NCBI GenBank assembly: GCA_040437565.1
Contig: JBDOQK010000024.1
Coordinates: forward strand, 372,001-436,000
Direction: 5' to 3'
Source: Albugo candida
Lineage: Eukaryota
Length of the DNA stretch: 64,000 nt
This document shows, in pieces, positions 10,638-23,338 of the stretch. A program made the position numbers and the translations under genes. The notes beneath the pieces are model-generated. The model ran no database searches and had not been told where the DNA came from. It was given only the letters and a program-made list of their open reading frames with translations. The number at the start of each line of letters is the position of its first letter. Position 1 is the first letter of the stretch.

Positions 10638-13600
10638 TCAGGACGTATTCTCCTCGACACTTTCATTTTCCACACTCACGAAAGGATAAGGAACGAGACT
10701 CCGATGAATCAGAATGTCAGGTGCCAGCGACGTAATCGAAAGACGATCGCTTGGTCCTCCAGTAGATCGAGAAATATGATCATTGAAATTACTCGTTCGA
10801 CGACAATATGATGCTCGATTCCCATAGCGATACCATCCAGGATTCGTGCTTTGCCTTGAGGTCGTACAATCATTCGCTCGGGCACTCAAACTTTGTGTGA
10901 ATTGCTGCAAAGCTAATTGACTGTCTCCTTGTATAGCAACATCTTCCACATTCGCTACTTCCTGACGTACTCCCGATCGCAGCATTCGTGAAGAAGGGCT
11001 CATTAGATGTGTTTGAGTCGGAATCGGTGCCTCAGCCTCATTCAAGTGATCAATTTTAAGCGTCATTTCAGAGAACAATCCTTTACGCTGCATCAGCTGG
11101 TCGTACGTGCCTTCCTCGGCAACTCTTCCAGCATTCAGCACGAGTATTCGATCGGCGTTCATGGTAGTTGCTAACCGATGTGTCACAGAAATGATTGTCA
11201 TATTCATTTTCCGTGTAAGTGACTCTAGCGTCGAGACGATGGAAGCTTCTGTCTCGGGATCTAATGCACTGGTGGCTTCGTCTAAAAGAAGAATTCGAGG
11301 GTTTCGACACAAGGCTCGAGCTAGACAAATACGTTGAGCTTGGCCTCCACTCAAGCTGCAGGTTGCATGCTGACCCACAACGGTATCGAATCCATCTCTC
11401 AACTCTCTTATAAAATGGCATTCTGCACATTTAGCAGCTTCCTCACATTCTTCATTTGTAGCGAATACATTTCCGTATCGAATATTATCGTATATGGTGC
11501 CATTCAAAATACCTCCATCCTGGAACACAACCGCAGTCTGATCCATGAATGATTTCTTCGAGTAGTTGTAGATATCATTCCCATCCAAGCAGATACTTCC
11601 TCCATCGGCTTCAATAAATTGCATCAGGCAAGCCAGCAAGGTGCTTTTACCGCAGCCGGAAGGCCCAACAATGCAAATATATGCTCCTCGCGGGAATGTC
11701 GCATTTACGTCTCGCAAAATGCACTTGTCAGAGCTTTTATCATATCGAAACATCAGCCCTTCGACCTGCAGTTCTTTCGTCATCGCTGGTAGAGAAGGAA
11801 GATTACATTCATGACTCGGGTCGTCGTCATGCAGAGCGAGTCCGAGAATGATATCATCAATTCGCTGCAAACTACTCGCATTCCCGATCGCCACACGCAT
11901 AAAGCCGCCCAGGATAGTAACAGGAGTGGATACGCGACTCAATAACGTAACAAATCCGAAAAATTGTCCAGGACTCAAATCTCCTCGCCACACTTTCATC
12001 GCTAATGAAGCCATCATGATAGAAGTGAATATGTACATGGCCGACTCGATATAAATCTGCACAATACTCGACCAAAAGTCTTTGGAGAACTGATGTTTGC
12101 GCAAATTCGTACAAGTTTTTTTAAATCGAGCTGCCAGTGTGTCTTGGATATCATACGCACGTACAACTTTTTGACACGCAATAGCATTTTGGAATTCCGC
12201 TGCTACGTATGCATTTTTAGAGCCAAATTCTTTGGAACGATGCGATGCAAACCCTTGCGGCCCACTTGATAACAACACTGCAGAAAATGCAAACGACATG
12301 ATGCCTAAGCTGTAGTCCATTATCAACGCATACCCAAAACCAAACACAACTGCGACCAGAGGATTCAATAAGTTCCAAAATGTCGCTTGCCACAAAGCAT
12401 TGACGCGTGCAACATCGCTGGAGAATAAATTATTCAAATCGCCTTCGGAACGCTCTGCGAAAAAAGACGTTCCTTGGTGTAAAATAATCTCTAAAAGCGA
12501 GTTTTGCATCCGTTCTGTGGCTTTAGAAATCATTTTCGACTGAAAGTATCCAATTGCGTAATCGCCCAATGCAAAAGGAATACAAATTCCGAGAATTCCC
12601 AAAATACCAAAATGCAAAGTCGCATCATCGTGCGTCGTTCCTGAAAGCGAGTCAAACGCAGTGGAAATTCGATCGAGAAAGTAAGCCAATGCCGGACTGA
12701 TCGACCCATTCACACACACAACAAACAAGCACAACATCATATCCACATTCTGATTCGACCAATGCCACAATGTGCTTCGTACCACATCAGTCATTCCATA
12801 CGCAACTTGAGAAGAAGAAGCATCAATATCCCTTAAATAGGACAGAAATTCGGTTGCTGAGACATTATGTGGTCGATATCGCAATGCTCGTTCCAAAAAT
12901 TGCATCAATTCGTCGCGTGTCATATCACCTTCATCCCGACCACATATTATCACTAAATCCGTCTCCATCATTTCAATCGCCAATGCTGAAATTCCAGGGA
13001 TTCTTGCCAAAGATGCACGTAGAGATTCAATCGATATCCGAATACTATCGCCGTTCGATCTAAATTTATGAAGTTTTTTTGAAAAAGTTCGTGCTCGAGG
13101 CTTTAAAATCAGTCGAAATGCCACAAGCATCAGATACGCCAAACACAAATGATACTCTATCGCTGACAATATAAATCGCCCAGCTAGTGTGAAGACCATA
13201 CCAATCAAACATCCAAGATCTGCAACGTTAGAATGGGATCGAAATAAAGCCGCACGTAGCCCCAGCAATCGTATCGTCATATCGATAAAATAACAAAGCA
13301 AAAGCCCCAATGAAAATAATCTCGAGCCTTTTGCTGAGAATTCATCGGCAAATACTTCGTCTCGCGTGAATGCAATCGCCAATAACTGGATGAAGAAATC
13401 CATAAAGAGCGCAAATGTCTCTGAATAATGCCACCTTCTCGAATCAATGACACGCAGATAGAATAAACGATTCCCATTGCTGTGTTGCGTCCCATTATTT
13501 GCGTTTGTGTGCGCATGTGTGTTTGTGTATGAATGAAGTGATACTTTTTTCGTTTTACTGAAATTCGGATTCGATGTTTCGGGAAGAAAATCGCCAATTT

Positions 13601-13658
13601 TGACAAACGCTTGCTCCGATGGCATCCGCTCATAATCGATCGTCTCACTGGCCCGCAT
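10638..13658 (-). CDS. ABC half-transporter (ABCB/MsbA-like TMD plus NBD) with an N-terminal ion-channel voltage-sensor-like domain
   Basis: Walker A GPSGCGKST, signature LSGGQAQR, Walker B LLLDEATSALD, H-loop VTHRL; 6-TM ABC membrane domain; four extra N-terminal TMs with IDMTIR..NVADL..FRLILKPRAR; first ATG at 13658. Confidence 0.88.
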   Translation of the reverse strand: MRASETIDYERMPSEQAFVKIGDFLPETSNPNFSKTKKVSLHSYTNTHAHTNANNGTQHSNGNRLFYLRVIDSRRWHYSETFALFMDFFIQLLAIAFTRDEVFADEFSAKGSRLFSLGLLLCYFIDMTIRLLGLRAALFRSHSNVADLGCLIGMVFTLAGRFILSAIEYHLCLAYLMLVAFRLILKPRARTFSKKLHKFRSNGDSIRISIESLRASLARIPGISALAIEMMETDLVIICGRDEGDMTRDELMQFLERALRYRPHNVSATEFLSYLRDIDASSSQVAYGMTDVVRSTLWHWSNQNVDMMLCLFVVCVNGSISPALAYFLDRISTAFDSLSGTTHDDATLHFGILGILGICIPFALGDYAIGYFQSKMISKATERMQNSLLEIILHQGTSFFAERSEGDLNNLFSSDVARVNALWQATFWNLLNPLVAVVFGFGYALIMDYSLGIMSFAFSAVLLSSGPQGFASHRSKEFGSKNAYVAAEFQNAIACQKVVRAYDIQDTLAARFKKTCTNLRKHQFSKDFWSSIVQIYIESAMYIFTSIMMASLAMKVWRGDLSPGQFFGFVTLLSRVSTPVTILGGFMRVAIGNASSLQRIDDIILGLALHDDDPSHECNLPSLPAMTKELQVEGLMFRYDKSSDKCILRDVNATFPRGAYICIVGPSGCGKSTLLACLMQFIEADGGSICLDGNDIYNYSKKSFMDQTAVVFQDGGILNGTIYDNIRYGNVFATNEECEEAAKCAECHFIRELRDGFDTVVGQHATCSLSGGQAQRICLARALCRNPRILLLDEATSALDPETEASIVSTLESLTRKMNMTIISVTHRLATTMNADRILVLNAGRVAEEGTYDQLMQRKGLFSEMTLKIDHLNEAEAPIPTQTHLMSPSSRMLRSGVRQEVANVEDVAIQGDSQLALQQFTQSLSARANDCTTSRQSTNPGWYRYGNRASYCRRTSNFNDHISRSTGGPSDRLSITSLAPDILIHRSLVPYPFVSVENESVEENTS

Positions 13659-14185
13659 GCTATCGATGAAAAGTGCTATAAATAACGTCTTCACGTTGTG
13701 CTTTCAATTATGCCAAACAAGTTGCACAAAGCAGAAAATCGCTGACAAACGCAAGGATTTATAGGTTTCAACTGACTTACAATCTTTTTCGTCACTTTTA
13801 GACTGCAAATTTGATTATCAAAGTATCAAATGAATTGATTTATTTCAAGCAATCTCGAAATTGTGATAATTTAGCAGATGATTGCAAAGACGTTCGTAAA
13901 TGTAAATTTCGTTCCGTCTGTATTAATGAAAATTAGAATTATAGAAAAATATACTTGATTGATCCGTTTCCCATCAAATCAATCGGAGTAGAAAACAAAC
14001 AGTTGATTCGACACTGTATCAGACTCCCTGCAAGCTGGGCTAGGTCTCTGTACACCTGATTTCTACCCAACAAGCGTTTGTATCGACGCAGCTGCGAAAT
14101 ACCGCAGACTGACTATACCACCTGATAGATCAGATAGATGGTCATAAAAACGTCTATAACGCGGATATTTTTCATTACACAACGC

Positions 14186-17100
14186 TTAAATTACGTCTAT
14201 CACCGCCATGTTGTCTGAAAACACTTCATACATTTGTATGTGTTTTGTTTTGGCGCACAAAGCATCGTTTTGCAATGACGACAGCGTGTCATAATCATAT
14301 CTTGATCTACTCGAAAAATACTTGTTAACAACATAAAAAGAATCCATCAAAAACGTACCTGCTATGATCGCGTCTGTGCTTTCTACCCGTTGTGTGTCCA
14401 ATTCGATTGATTCACTCACAGTGAGATTCGCACTTATAGTGTCAGTGTGGTCGGATACCCAATTTTCACCATCCTCACTAATAACAGCTGATCCGCTGCT
14501 CATTGAATTGTAAAACAAAGCGTTTGATTTGAGAGCTCCGACATTAGAAATCGAGTTTCGAAACGAGCTTTGCAGTACAGAGTACTCTTCTACCATAACA
14601 TGTTCCTTGATCGTATCGTTTTTATTATCAGCTGATAAAGAGAGAGCACCTCCGTCCGATTGAATGGCTCTGGCGATTGGCAGATGACAATACGTGCACT
14701 TTGATACTTTATCTGATTTCCAATTCAAAATGTCCAACGGAGATAACGTAACTGTTTGCTGACAATGATAACAGCGTACCAAAATGCACACATCTGTTTG
14801 TAAAAGCGGAGTTGAAGTTTCCTTTTCTCGGAATTGAGAAATAGAGTATTCCCACGCCGGTTTTCCGAGAATTTGAAGGATTTTGAGCGCTATTTTCTCA
14901 TTGAACGACATCGCTTTTTCCAATTGTAATGTCACTCGCGGTAAATAAGTTGGAGACAGCAGCAATTTTTGTAACGACTCGACAAAGCAGCACGATCGAA
15001 GGAGCTTCAAAGTTGCGGTGAAGAGTTCTCGCTGAGAAGCATCGGATAAAACAACGTCAAGTGTGTCCAGTATCCAATACAGAATCCAACTGTAAGGCTG
15101 AGAATCCTCAAAATTCGATAGTGGTAGAGCCACATGCTCGTTCCAATGGATCGCAAGGTGAGGAAGTATGGTCTCAATCAGATCGAACATTGTGACTATC
15201 GATTCCGCCGAACGAGTCGTCCATTCGATGTTACGATGAATTGATTTCAGCACTGAGAACGCGTGCCTTCCGTTTCTATGAAAATTTTTGCAGTGTGTGG
15301 TATTTGGACGCGTAAAGTAAGAGATCAAAGCCGCACAGATTGTTGATAGTAATTGATGGAAATTCTCACGATCCATTGTGGTTTCCGCATGACTGGCGAT
15401 TGTGTTCAAAGCTCCGAGAAGAACGTCTCCAATATCTTCAAAGACAGTCCAATTATGACACCGAATAAGCCCAAGCTCGAGAACTGGAATCGCTGTGCAC
15501 ATAAACTCGCGATAGTCGTCATTTTTCCATTGCAACTTTTCTCGATAGGAAGCATGCCGAAACACGCGAGTGATCCATTTGAAGAAGTCGTATACGCGCG
15601 ATTTGGCTATTGAGGACGCGGTGAACACTGGCGTCATATCCTTACTCCACGATTTAAACACAAAAAGAACCAAGTAGCCCAGTACGCTGATCCACGGAGC
15701 CTCATTTCCAATGATCTCTGCATGTTCATGGCCCTCGTCAAACGCGATTTTCACACTTTCCAGTCGATCAGTGAGTTCTATGACGCATTTATCCACAACA
15801 TTGACAATTTGTTCGTTTCTCCACAACAACGCATCGCCGCGATTACAAAGCCTCGAGTGCTTGTACATAAAGTTGAACAGCTCCATCACTTTGTGTGCAA
15901 TTCGACTTCCGCCATCGCAATGCTCCTGAATCGCCTTGAACAGCATCTGAAGCAGCAACTCGATCCCTTGACACTCGATGAATTGATTCATATCCACAAT
16001 CAACAGCATTTTCAGCAAACTGAGCGTCTGGAGAATTAATTCGTGCTTGAAATCCGGTCTTTGCAGAAATTGTAATGCGACTTTGATTGTATCGATCTGG
16101 ACAAGCTTCCGACATAGATCCAGAGAGCATGTCTCGCACTCAAGTAATTCCAATATCGTCACAATCAACGCATGGGCATTGTTTTCGTCGAGGTCGTCTG
16201 TGACGGCGACCCACTCCAAGAGCAACGAGGAAACACGAACAAGCCCTTCCAAGCCATCAGCACTGGATAAGACCCAATTCTGCTCATCCATACATTGCAA
16301 GCATTCGCATAGAAGAACGCAGCATTTGCATATTGGCGCAACAAATTGGCTAAACACGACATTTGGACTAAAACCAGAGTTTCGATGGGGCCAAAACTCG
16401 CAATGTAACTCATCCAATTGTGTCGTCAATGCGTTGATCAACAGTAAGACGTCTGCAGTCGCATTTGTCGACCCATTGGGAATGATTTGCTTGTAGAATA
16501 AAACACGAGTTTCCGCATGGATTCCATCAAAAAGAACCGTCACAACATCATGCTGGGTCTGCTCCTCACGAAGCCAAAATAGCAAGGCATGAGCTCCTTC
16601 CACGGCCAAGCGTTCCATCTGCTGGTACTGAATCAATGTGCCTTCTATTTCATGAATTTGGTCGCATGTACTCGCTTGTCCCGTCAATGAAACTAACGAC
16701 ACAATTGTGCGCAGCCCCGTAGCCGACATTGCTCGATCCGATTCAAATGCAAAGAACAGATCCAAGATCCTGGAAATCCATTCCGAGCTGATGTACAATT
16801 GCTCCGTGATCGTCATCAAGTGCTCTTGTGTATCTTTGAAAGCCTGAAGGATGATTTCCACAAGCTTCCTTGCGGCTACTTCCTGCACTTTGATATGAGA
16901 CGCATGTTCGATGATAGCAATCAGCAGTGTGACATCGGTGTTTTCCAAGCATTTCACCCATAAAGGACACGTCAGCGAGTCCGATGCTGCAAGATTCCGT
17001 ACGATTTCCTCAGCGATTTGCTGTTGATGAGGAATACCGGCGGTCTTTGGGCGTGCGAGGATGAGATTTCGAAGAATTTTAAGTGCCAATGCATCGGTCA

Positions 17101-20100
17101 CATTCTGCTTCAAACATTTTCGAAATGCGTCAGGATGCTGGGAAAAACCTGCTAGAAGAACACCGGCAATCTCCTGGAGCGATTCCGGGCTGTTGGCGTC
17201 CATGTAGAGCTGGAGAAAGTATCCGAGCGTGTCGAGATCCGCGACTGCCGCTTCACATATACTCTCACAATGCAATGAGAGTTTGAGCGTTTCCAAAATG
17301 AGATGGAAGCGCTGACTTTCTTCATTCCCTTTGTTCTCCGTCTCACAGACCAACTTTATCAAAGTCTCGCCGATATTCGTACGCGATAAGACTTGTTCCA
17401 GAAATGCATGATTCTTTGGGTACTGGTGATGAAACAGAGGCTCCAGGAGTAATTGCTTGAGCATCAAGACACAATCGTCTGTCCATTCGGGATCAGACAG
17501 CTGGCGAAGCAATAAGCGGATAAACACGACGGTGTTCTGTACAAAAAGTGTGTCTTCTTCCATATCACAAGTCACTTCTTTCCGGAGCAAAGTCGCGAAT
17601 CTCAGCCGCCAATCTGCATTTCTGAATAGAATGCGAATCACACGAAAGATACTCGTTGCAAGTTGCTGACTTCCACGTGTGTTTTCCTCCATCAATTGCG
17701 AAACCAAAATGTAGATAATCACTCGAACGAGATCGATGATGTGACGTTCGCGTTTGGCGATGGATGCTGGTGTGAGAAGCGTGAGGATCCGTTCCAGCAC
17801 ATCGAATATCGCCTCACACCATTTTCGAATGCTTTCGACTTCGCTCTCACTCGGATTGTCTTGGCTGAGGCGTACCAATACGTTCCATAACGCTGTGCAA
17901 AAAGCCTGGAGCACAGAGATATCCATCATACGACGTACAATCCGTTCTGCACGCGCTCGAAGCTTGGAATCCGTCTCCAGTACGCTGGTCTCCTCTGCAT
18001 TGAGAATTTCGTCGTCTGGAAGCACCGTTCGAAGACATTTCAATACGATCCATTGGGAGTGATTTTCCGCGTCCAAGTTTGCAAATGTCACTGTTGGAAG
18101 ACTCAGCAAGTACGAAGACGAAGCATACCGACGAATACGCTTATCGATGATGTTTGTGTATCGCCGAGCGCACAGAATCTGCATCAGCGACACGAAACAC
18201 GCTTGTTCGGTCAATTGATCGTGCATGCGTGCGTGTTTCTTTGGTAAATGAGTAAGTGATTCGAGCAGCAATTCCAGGCATTCCACGCGTATATCTCGAG
18301 TCGCGAGGGTCACAGTGAGATGGAAAATGACATCCAACACGGAATTCGGGAACGTATCCCCAGCAAGTCGACATTTTGCTGGTGCCCGAAAGTAGAGGAG
18401 ATAGAATTGAACGGCTGTACGCTGCCGAGCTCGATCATCTTGCATCACAAGCCACGATTTGAAGAAGAGGAGTAATGCGTGCTCAGCGTCTCCATCCGGA
18501 CACAGGTTTCTCCATGCGGACACCGGATTCGGAGCTTTTCTCAGCAGAATCAAAATCATGTCGGCACATACTCCTGAGAGTCGATTCGACATGAGAAACG
18601 CTCCAAGCGGATGTAAGCAGCCATTCTTCTTCTCTGTATCGAGTTCGTTGTTACCACATAACTTGCACAGATACGAGGAATCGGATGTCAAAGCGAATCC
18701 ATGGATAATCTCAATCAGATTCTGCTCAAGACATAAAAGTTCTGCGTCGGGTATAGCGGCGTTGGCGTGTTTTGCTTGAGGCAAGTCATTTATCACGCGA
18801 AGTACCACATCCAAGCCACCATGTCGATGCATCGAGTCCATAAACATCATCCAGGCATCACGTCCTTCATGTCCTTGCATGCTTGGTGGAGCGTACATGG
18901 AGCAGCATAGATTCGCGAGGATGTTGGAAGCTGTACAGCAGGCTGCTACATTTTCCACACTCGAATTTGTCTCCTGCATTGAGAAGGAATCAAGCATGTT
19001 CAGTAAAACTCCAAGACTCGGACTGGATGTCTCCTTTGCGATATGACGTAAAAGCGCTGGGACACTGCTTATCATTCGACACACACGAGTAGAAGATTTG
19101 CATAGTAATGGATTCCCGCGAGCAATGATCGATACAAGACAGTCGATGGCGCAATCTGGAATCTGAGCAAACACCCATTTCTTCTGACTTGTGTCCTCAA
19201 CCACAGATTTGGCACCTGAAAGCGATAAGTCGTCCAGCGTGAGCTTATCGCGAAGATAGCTATTGGCTAAAGTCGAGTCATCACAGACATATTGCAGGCA
19301 AGAAGACATGGCTTCCAGAATGATGCCAATGGATTCAGTCGATTCGACGCCCGACCAAGAGTCAACATACTTTTCTGAGCTTTCAGAAGCGCCCAAGATC
19401 TGAATCATAAGACTCCAAAGCGATTTCAAGCCTTGTAAAATGAGAATCTGACGGGTTGTCTCCATATTGGAATTGAGAAATTCACGTAAACATTGCACAG
19501 CAAGCACACGAATTTCACGATGGTGGCCATTGGCAGTGTCGGAAGTGGATGCCAATATCTGAGCAAGATGATGCACACAGTCTGCTTCACTGAAAAGTTG
19601 TCGACAGGCTTCCCAGCTCAAGAGCCGATGCATGAGCTTCAGTGTACAATGCTCGAGTTCTTTCTGTCCGGATGCTCTGTGAGACACCTGAAGCACATTC
19701 AGTATTCCCCTACACGTTCCCGAGTTGCAAAATGCGTCAGGCGAGCTGTTCTCATCCGAATCTTGAATCACTAGTTTGACCAGCGCGACCAGCATCTCGA
19801 TTGTCTTGCATATAACCACTTCCAATTCGACATTCGGCGTTGCGATCCATTGATCGATAAGTGGTACTAACAGCTCACAGAATGCTATTGCGCCACCAGC
19901 TGCCTCAATGTCATTCAATTGGGCGATACGATGAGGACCCATTCCACTCGAGCTTTCTTTACGAGGCGATCGAAACGTTTCTGCTAGTTGTTTGATCAAT
20001 TCGACACGCTACATCACCATACAATCAGTCAGCGTACGTCTACTTGCTCGGACAACGTACTTCCTCGAGTGTGAATGATGTGGCATCTTGATTCGCTTGG

Positions 20101-20968
20101 AAGAGACAGTACCGAAGCCCAACAATCGAGCAGTATTCGCCCGTCGTAACATTCCGAGCACATCGTACACACACGTTCTGTAGTCGTGATAAGCTGCTCT
20201 CCGTTGTGGTCGTAATGGTTGCATTTGGGATCGGAAGTCTCACTTTGACGGGAAGGCAATCGCTACAATGGATATAGCCACAAAGACGACAATGATGCTA
20301 TTGCCCAACCGATCAAATTCATGCGATAAAGACATTTTGCATCACACATACCCTCCGTCGTAAAACCCCAAATTTGCTGTTACATTGACGACATAAAAGC
20401 GGTTCTTCACGCTCAAAAAATGGTGCAATAAAGCGTTGCGTTGTTCCCTCGCATGATTTATTCTTCAGCGTCAAATCCGACCAAGTGTCAAAAGTGTCGT
20501 CTTCTCTCTTCTCCTTCCATGGATTGCTATTACGGGGATCATTTTCGTGCGCTTTTTGTGGTGTTTGAACTTCCAAAACTGTATGACAATATGTCAGGGA
20601 ACACGCTCATCCGATACGATCAAAGGTGTACCTTTTGGAGCGTCTATATCGATAATACGCTTCATCAAAGGCGTCGTATTGCCCACAGAAGGAAGACGTG
20701 GATCTACCCACGTCGTTATCTGATTCTTGTGATCTGCAAAAAAGGTGTAGCCATTATCGTCTGTCATTTCTTGCCATTCTTCTGGAAGCGCCAGATCCAC
20801 AGGCAAATGCCAAGAGGTCTGAATGAAAGGGATTTTGTGAGTACAACCGCATACGAAAGCAATAAATGATACAAAGACCTCTTTTTGTACATAATTGATG
20901 TAGAAAATACGACTCTGAGAATCTTGCACACGTTTCCAGTCGCTTATTTTGTCACAATCGCTTTGCAT
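14186..20968 (-). CDS. Large spliced protein: two WW domains, FYVE-like zinc finger and a long ARM/HEAT-like helical region
   Basis: WW motifs DWKRVQDSQSRIFYIN and LPEEWQEMTDDNGYTFFADHKNQITTWVDPR; CRQCNSKFGVLRRR...RVCTMCSEC; 1937-aa Leu-rich helical ORF at 14186-19999. Exon joining is inferred. Confidence 0.6.
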
Positions 20969-21820
20969 GGATTAAATGGATAGTATAGAGATGAGCATAT
21001 GATGCATCACTTTAAAGATGATCATCGACTCGATTGGACGATTCGGTGAATCTCGACTTGTGATTGAGTAATAATGATACGATGCAATTTCACAGCACAA
21101 AGTGTTTCTAGCTTCACACACTTGAAGTATCAATCTTTATGCAGTAGAGGTAGCACATGCAAATACAAAATACGAATTGTCCCGTATGGGCTCTCCGCAA
21201 TAGATAGCTCTCATTTTGTCTCAATTGAACGTAACAAAATGGAGTCGCCGTTGATACTCGGATTCCTTCTGTGTACTATCTCCATTATTGATTTATTGTG
21301 ACAAAATTTGGCGTACACATTAACAAGGCGCTTTAGTAGCCAGAACACGCACTAATGCGCATCTATCGATCGATTCTCGCGATTAATTTTCTTTTGTATT
21401 CAGCTCGGAGAGGTAATTCACCGTACGTAGGAGACGGCCTTGATATCGTTCGAGAATGGATATGTTGAGCTTTGTGTCGTTGAAGCCCATGATACCCAGC
21501 TGAAGGAGATGCGCTTCCCATTTCTTTTCTAGATTTGAAGATGATGTCGGAGTAGAGGTCAAAATCGACTCGATCGCGTGGATGGGAGGCACTGATCGAT
21601 CGCACAACGCTGTATCGACATTATGTTCCCATTGAGCACGAGTTTGCTGCCAAGAAGAAGGAAGAGCTGATTTNNNNNNNNNNNNNNNNNNNNNNNNNNN
21701 NNNNNNNNNNNNNNNNNNNNNNNNNNNNNNNNNNNNNNNNNNNNNNNNNNNNNNNNNNNNNNNNNNNNNNNNNGTAGCCAGAACACGCACTAATGCGCAT
21801 CTATCGATCGATTCTCGCGA

Positions 21821-23338
21821 TTAATTTTCTTTTGTATTCAGCTCGGAGAGGTAATTCACCGTACGTAGGAGACGGCCTTGATATCGTTCGAGAATGGATA
21901 TGTTGAGCTTTGTGTCGTTGAAGCCCATGATACCCAGCTGAAGGAGATGCGCTTCCCATTTCTTTTCTAGATTTGAAGATGATGTCGGAGTAGAGGTCAA
22001 AATCGACTCGATCGCGTGGATGGGAGGCACTGATCGATCGCACAACGCTGTATCGACATTATGTTCCCATTGAGCACGAGTTTGCTGCCAAGAAGAAGGA
22101 AGAGCTGATTTTTTCATCACGACGTTCTCAGTAACGGATACGCTTTCCAGTTTGCTTGTGATGTTTGAAGCAGATGAAGCCTGTTGTGCTGATACTTTTT
22201 CCGCAAATAGCGTCATCTGCCCCTTCCAATCGAGTTCCTCGAGCGTCTTTTTATGCCATCCATTCCCATTTGGATAGATTCTTCTTGGAAAAGTGAGTAC
22301 GAGCTGATACTTTGATCCGTGTTCCCCGATACTCGACTCGAGAAATGAATAAACATGCTCCAAAAGAGACGTAGGGCGGAATCGACGCGAGTATACGCCA
22401 TCCGAGTGTCTTAAGACGACATTGATAACCTCTTTCTCGAGTAGCGGTGGTTCATCGGGTAATGTGTTAACTTTTTCCTTCTTCAGTCGTTCTTTTTCCT
22501 CTTCTTCCTTCCTAGAACTTTGTATGGCCTCCAGCTCTGCTTGCCTCTGCATCTGTTCGCATTCACGTTGCTTCATTTCGGCTTCACTCGGCGTTATGTC
22601 GACTTCCAAATCCGTGTTGAGTATATCAACAGCTTCTTCGGGCTCGACGTGAACCACAGCAATCTCAAATGTTTCACGCCCATGACGTACCAATAACACA
22701 TCGCCAATCGTCAGCGTTGTATGTCGATGCAAGGAACTTTCTAATACAAGTTTGTAATCTATTTCTCGAGCTCCAAATCCTTCATTTTTAGGCTGAAATC
22801 GAGCAAACAGTCCTCGTTCGAGTCGAACAAACCGAATGTGTATGATTTCGGGGACCACGTGAGAATCGAATAAACAACACGCCACTTTTGGCGGAACACC
22901 AATGGTACCTTCTTCAGCGGTGAATTCAAGAACACTTGCATGTGTCACGCGTGAAGATGCTCCTGGTGGCAGCACCACGCTCAACTCGAATGTGAATTTG
23001 CCGACACGAAATGCTTCCTGCGCAGTAAGTTGCTCTAAAGCCGAAGGCGGTAATATGATAAGATCGCCGTCATTGGATATCGGAACCGGTTTGAGCGAGC
23101 AGCTGTAGTGGATGCCACCAGTGCGACGTTCTTCTCTCAATCGCAGCTGCTGCGCGATTTCTTCTTCGTAGAGCTGTTGCTGTTTCTTCTCGATCTGCTG
23201 TTGCTGAAACTGTTTTTTGGCTTGGATTACTTGATGCTTTTTACGCTTTTCGTAGTCAGCCTTTTTCTTCGCGATCGAACGCTGTTTTTCTTGATCAGAT
23301 TTCCACTTGGAACTGCGTGTATTTAAATCAATTTCCAT
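21821..23338 (-). CDS. UFD1-domain protein with UBX and C-terminal UBA-like domains (p97/Cdc48 cofactor-like), 505 aa
   Basis: GDLIILPPSAL, THASVLEFTAEEG, LESSLHRHTTLTIGD, DILNTDLEVDI (UFD1); LPDEPP..SRRFRPT..YQLVLTFPRR (UBX); LGIMGFNDTKLNISILERYQG (UBA-like); ATG at 23338. Confidence 0.85.
   Translation of the reverse strand: MEIDLNTRSSKWKSDQEKQRSIAKKKADYEKRKKHQVIQAKKQFQQQQIEKKQQQLYEEEIAQQLRLREERRTGGIHYSCSLKPVPISNDGDLIILPPSALEQLTAQEAFRVGKFTFELSVVLPPGASSRVTHASVLEFTAEEGTIGVPPKVACCLFDSHVVPEIIHIRFVRLERGLFARFQPKNEGFGAREIDYKLVLESSLHRHTTLTIGDVLLVRHGRETFEIAVVHVEPEEAVDILNTDLEVDITPSEAEMKQRECEQMQRQAELEAIQSSRKEEEEKERLKKEKVNTLPDEPPLLEKEVINVVLRHSDGVYSRRFRPTSLLEHVYSFLESSIGEHGSKYQLVLTFPRRIYPNGNGWHKKTLEELDWKGQMTLFAEKVSAQQASSASNITSKLESVSVTENVVMKKSALPSSWQQTRAQWEHNVDTALCDRSVPPIHAIESILTSTPTSSSNLEKKWEAHLLQLGIMGFNDTKLNISILERYQGRLLRTVNYLSELNTKEN

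Noticed and set aside
21337-22111. Duplicated 3' end of the UFD1-UBX gene
   Set aside because: Identical sequence on both sides of an N-gap; assembly artefact
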